Below are positions 61,928 to 64,000 of a DNA stretch of 64,000 nt, one piece after another. The position numbers and the translations under genes are program-made. How positions within the stretch are numbered: the first letter of the stretch is position 1; the number at the start of each line of letters is the position of its first letter. Under the pieces are notes generated by a model. The model did not search any database. It saw nothing but the letters and a program-made list of their open reading frames with translations, and was not told the DNA's origin. Source of the DNA: Oculina patagonica (lineage: Eukaryota); assembly GCF_052425735.1 (NCBI RefSeq), contig NC_135760.1, positions 4,774,001-4,838,000 of the forward strand, in the 5' to 3' direction.

Positions 61928-63715
61928 AAAGTTTTGATTGTGGTAAAAAGCCACCCCGTTCTAGGATATATGGGGGCACCAACACACGTCCAGGGGCGTG
62001 GCCTTGGCAAGTGTCATTAAAACATCGATACAAGGCACATCTGTGTGGAGGGTCAGTGATTGGTCCAAAGTGGATCTTAACAGCGGCTCACTGCTTTGAT
62101 GGCTTTAATCCAAACGATTTCACCATTATTGCAGGTAATCCTAATTAACTTTTCACTAAAAAAGGGTCGCTACAAAGAAACTGGTAGCACTGTTATCGAG
62201 GGTTACAGCTATGTTATTTAAACAATTCATAAGTCCCGGCTAAACGATTAAATATTTTCATTTTACTTCGTGCTGCAACGACATCGTTTAACGTTCACTG
62301 GGCTGGCTTACTTCCAATCAAATAATGGTCAAACGCGAAAAGCGAAAAGCTAGTCTATAAGTTTATAAAAGAGCAAGTTATTAAAGAGCAAACACTTTTC
62401 ACCCAGAATGTAATTGTTTAGTTTTGGCTTCATTAGGTCACTAGGAAACTCATTCCAAATAAAAGCGAACGTTTTTCAAGTTAGCCGGACAACTTTTCCA
62501 AGCTGTATAAAACAGACACAGGCCCATTTCTTAAGCAACAAATACAAGTTTGATTGTATTTTAATTTCATTTTTTAATTGCTTTATTTATTCAAACCAGG
62601 GGAGCATCATCTCTTGAGAGCAGATGGCTTCGAGCAAGAGGTTGCCATCGAAAAGCTCTTCAAACATCCTCGGTACAACATGACCTGTAGGTACAACAAC
62701 GATGTGGCATTGTTGAAGCTGAACAGAACCCTGAAGTTCAACAACAGAGTGGGACCAGTCTGTCTTCCTGACTCGGAGTTTTCATCTGGTTCCATCTGTC
62801 ACATCACTGGGTGGGGAACAAATGGCAACAGCGGTAAAAGGCGTCCAAAGGTACATAAGATTAATAATTGGGCTAACTTAGGTATGCCAAAAAGCGCTAA
62901 AAGGATCATTCTTAGAGAACGTTTTAGCATAGAAATGACTTTCGACTTTCTCATTTAGCTTATTACGAAGGGAATTTCCTAGCGGTTTGTCCTACCCTTT
63001 TGGAGACTAAATGCAAACTTTCGCTACTGTGTTAAAGATCATAATAACTTTTACTATATTAGTCCTTGGACAACGGTCACCCTTTTCCTTACCCCGATGA
63101 TTTAAGACAACAATTCACACTTATTCCTACAAACCTACAATAAAACAACTCACCATGCGTGTAAGTTTTGTTACAATTGTGGATGCTTTCTCAATACCTT
63201 TTAAATTGGAAATAAGGATTATAGCAATATAATTCATCTTAGAATTAAGAAAATCATGAACTTGATAATGCTGCAATTCATTTTCGACAGTTACTTGTCT
63301 GGAAGAGAATTTAGGGGCATCTTGTTTCGGTTGGGGAAAAATACAGGGACTCGCAGTCACTAAAAAGTTGCGAAAACTAATCTTCATGAAACTATTTCGT
63401 CTTATTTATCAGACCTTGAAGCAAGCTAAACTTCCTCTTGTGTCACGTGACACTTGCAAGAGAAGCTACAAGGACTACCGGTCTTCTGGCTACTGCGTCA
63501 CAAAATGCATGCGCTGTGCAGGGTACGCTAGAGGTGGTGTCGACGCCTGTAGAGGTGATAGTGGAGGACCGCTCGTCTGTCAGCGGAACAGGAAGTGGTA
63601 TGTCATGGGCGTGGTCAGCTGGGGAGCTGGGTGCGGACAAAGGGGACGATATGGAGTCTATGCTGATGTGTTGAAGCTCAAGCAATGGATACAAGAAACG
63701 ATACAAGATTCATGA
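61928..63715 (+). CDS. Trypsin-like S1A serine protease B; exons 61928-62134, 62600-62850, 63413-63715; upstream exon(s) not identified
   Basis: Near-identical to protease A with intact triad and splice sites; lacks the accessory exon. Confidence 0.8.
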
Positions 63716-64000
63716 TGAAGAATCAAAATTGATTGTGGATAAATGATTTATTCGCCTTCCTTGTTATTTTCATTACAGTACTAGTTATTAAACCCAACCT
63801 AAATTGTAAAATTGTTTCTAAAATGTGGTCACGACCATCTCAATATTAGTTGTCCTCGTTTTTGTTCTCTGTATACTTCACAGGATTCCAATTTAATTTT
63901 ATGTACCTCACTTCGGTGTTTTTTTATGTCTACCTGCGATTTTGTTTTTTCGTTCTCCGCCTTTTAGCTTCGGCGCCATTTGCGTATACAGTAGAACCCC

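Overview
This is eukaryotic, AT-rich, intron-containing genomic DNA, most likely from a stony coral or another anthozoan cnidarian. That assignment is inferred from the USOMP5-like genes, the expanded intronless TRIM-NHL genes and the SINE/MITE families. The window is a birth-and-death tandem array of a three-family cassette. (i) Four intronless TRIM-NHL (TRIM71/TRIM2-like) copies lie on +: two full length (751 aa), one cut by the window edge, and one with RING/B-box/coiled-coil deleted. (ii) Secreted USOMP5-like genes (signal peptide, coiled coil, GS linker, fibrinogen-related-type domain) lie on -: one intact 4-exon gene and three pseudogenes. (iii) Trypsin-like S1A proteases lie on +: two with intact catalytic exons and three pseudogenes. 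There is also an orphan terminal exon encoding a Kelch propeller, an L1/Tx1 LINE with a target-site duplication (TSD), several SINEs and many MITEs. The strongest signals are: codon-level hypervariability largely concentrated at top-face positions of the NHL blades; a conserved tandem STAT (GAS) site pair upstream of all three TRIM 5' regions in the window; a symmetric 132-codon accessory exon present in one protease copy only; and a multimeric tRNA-derived retro-insertion with twin-priming geometry and a 12-bp TSD.
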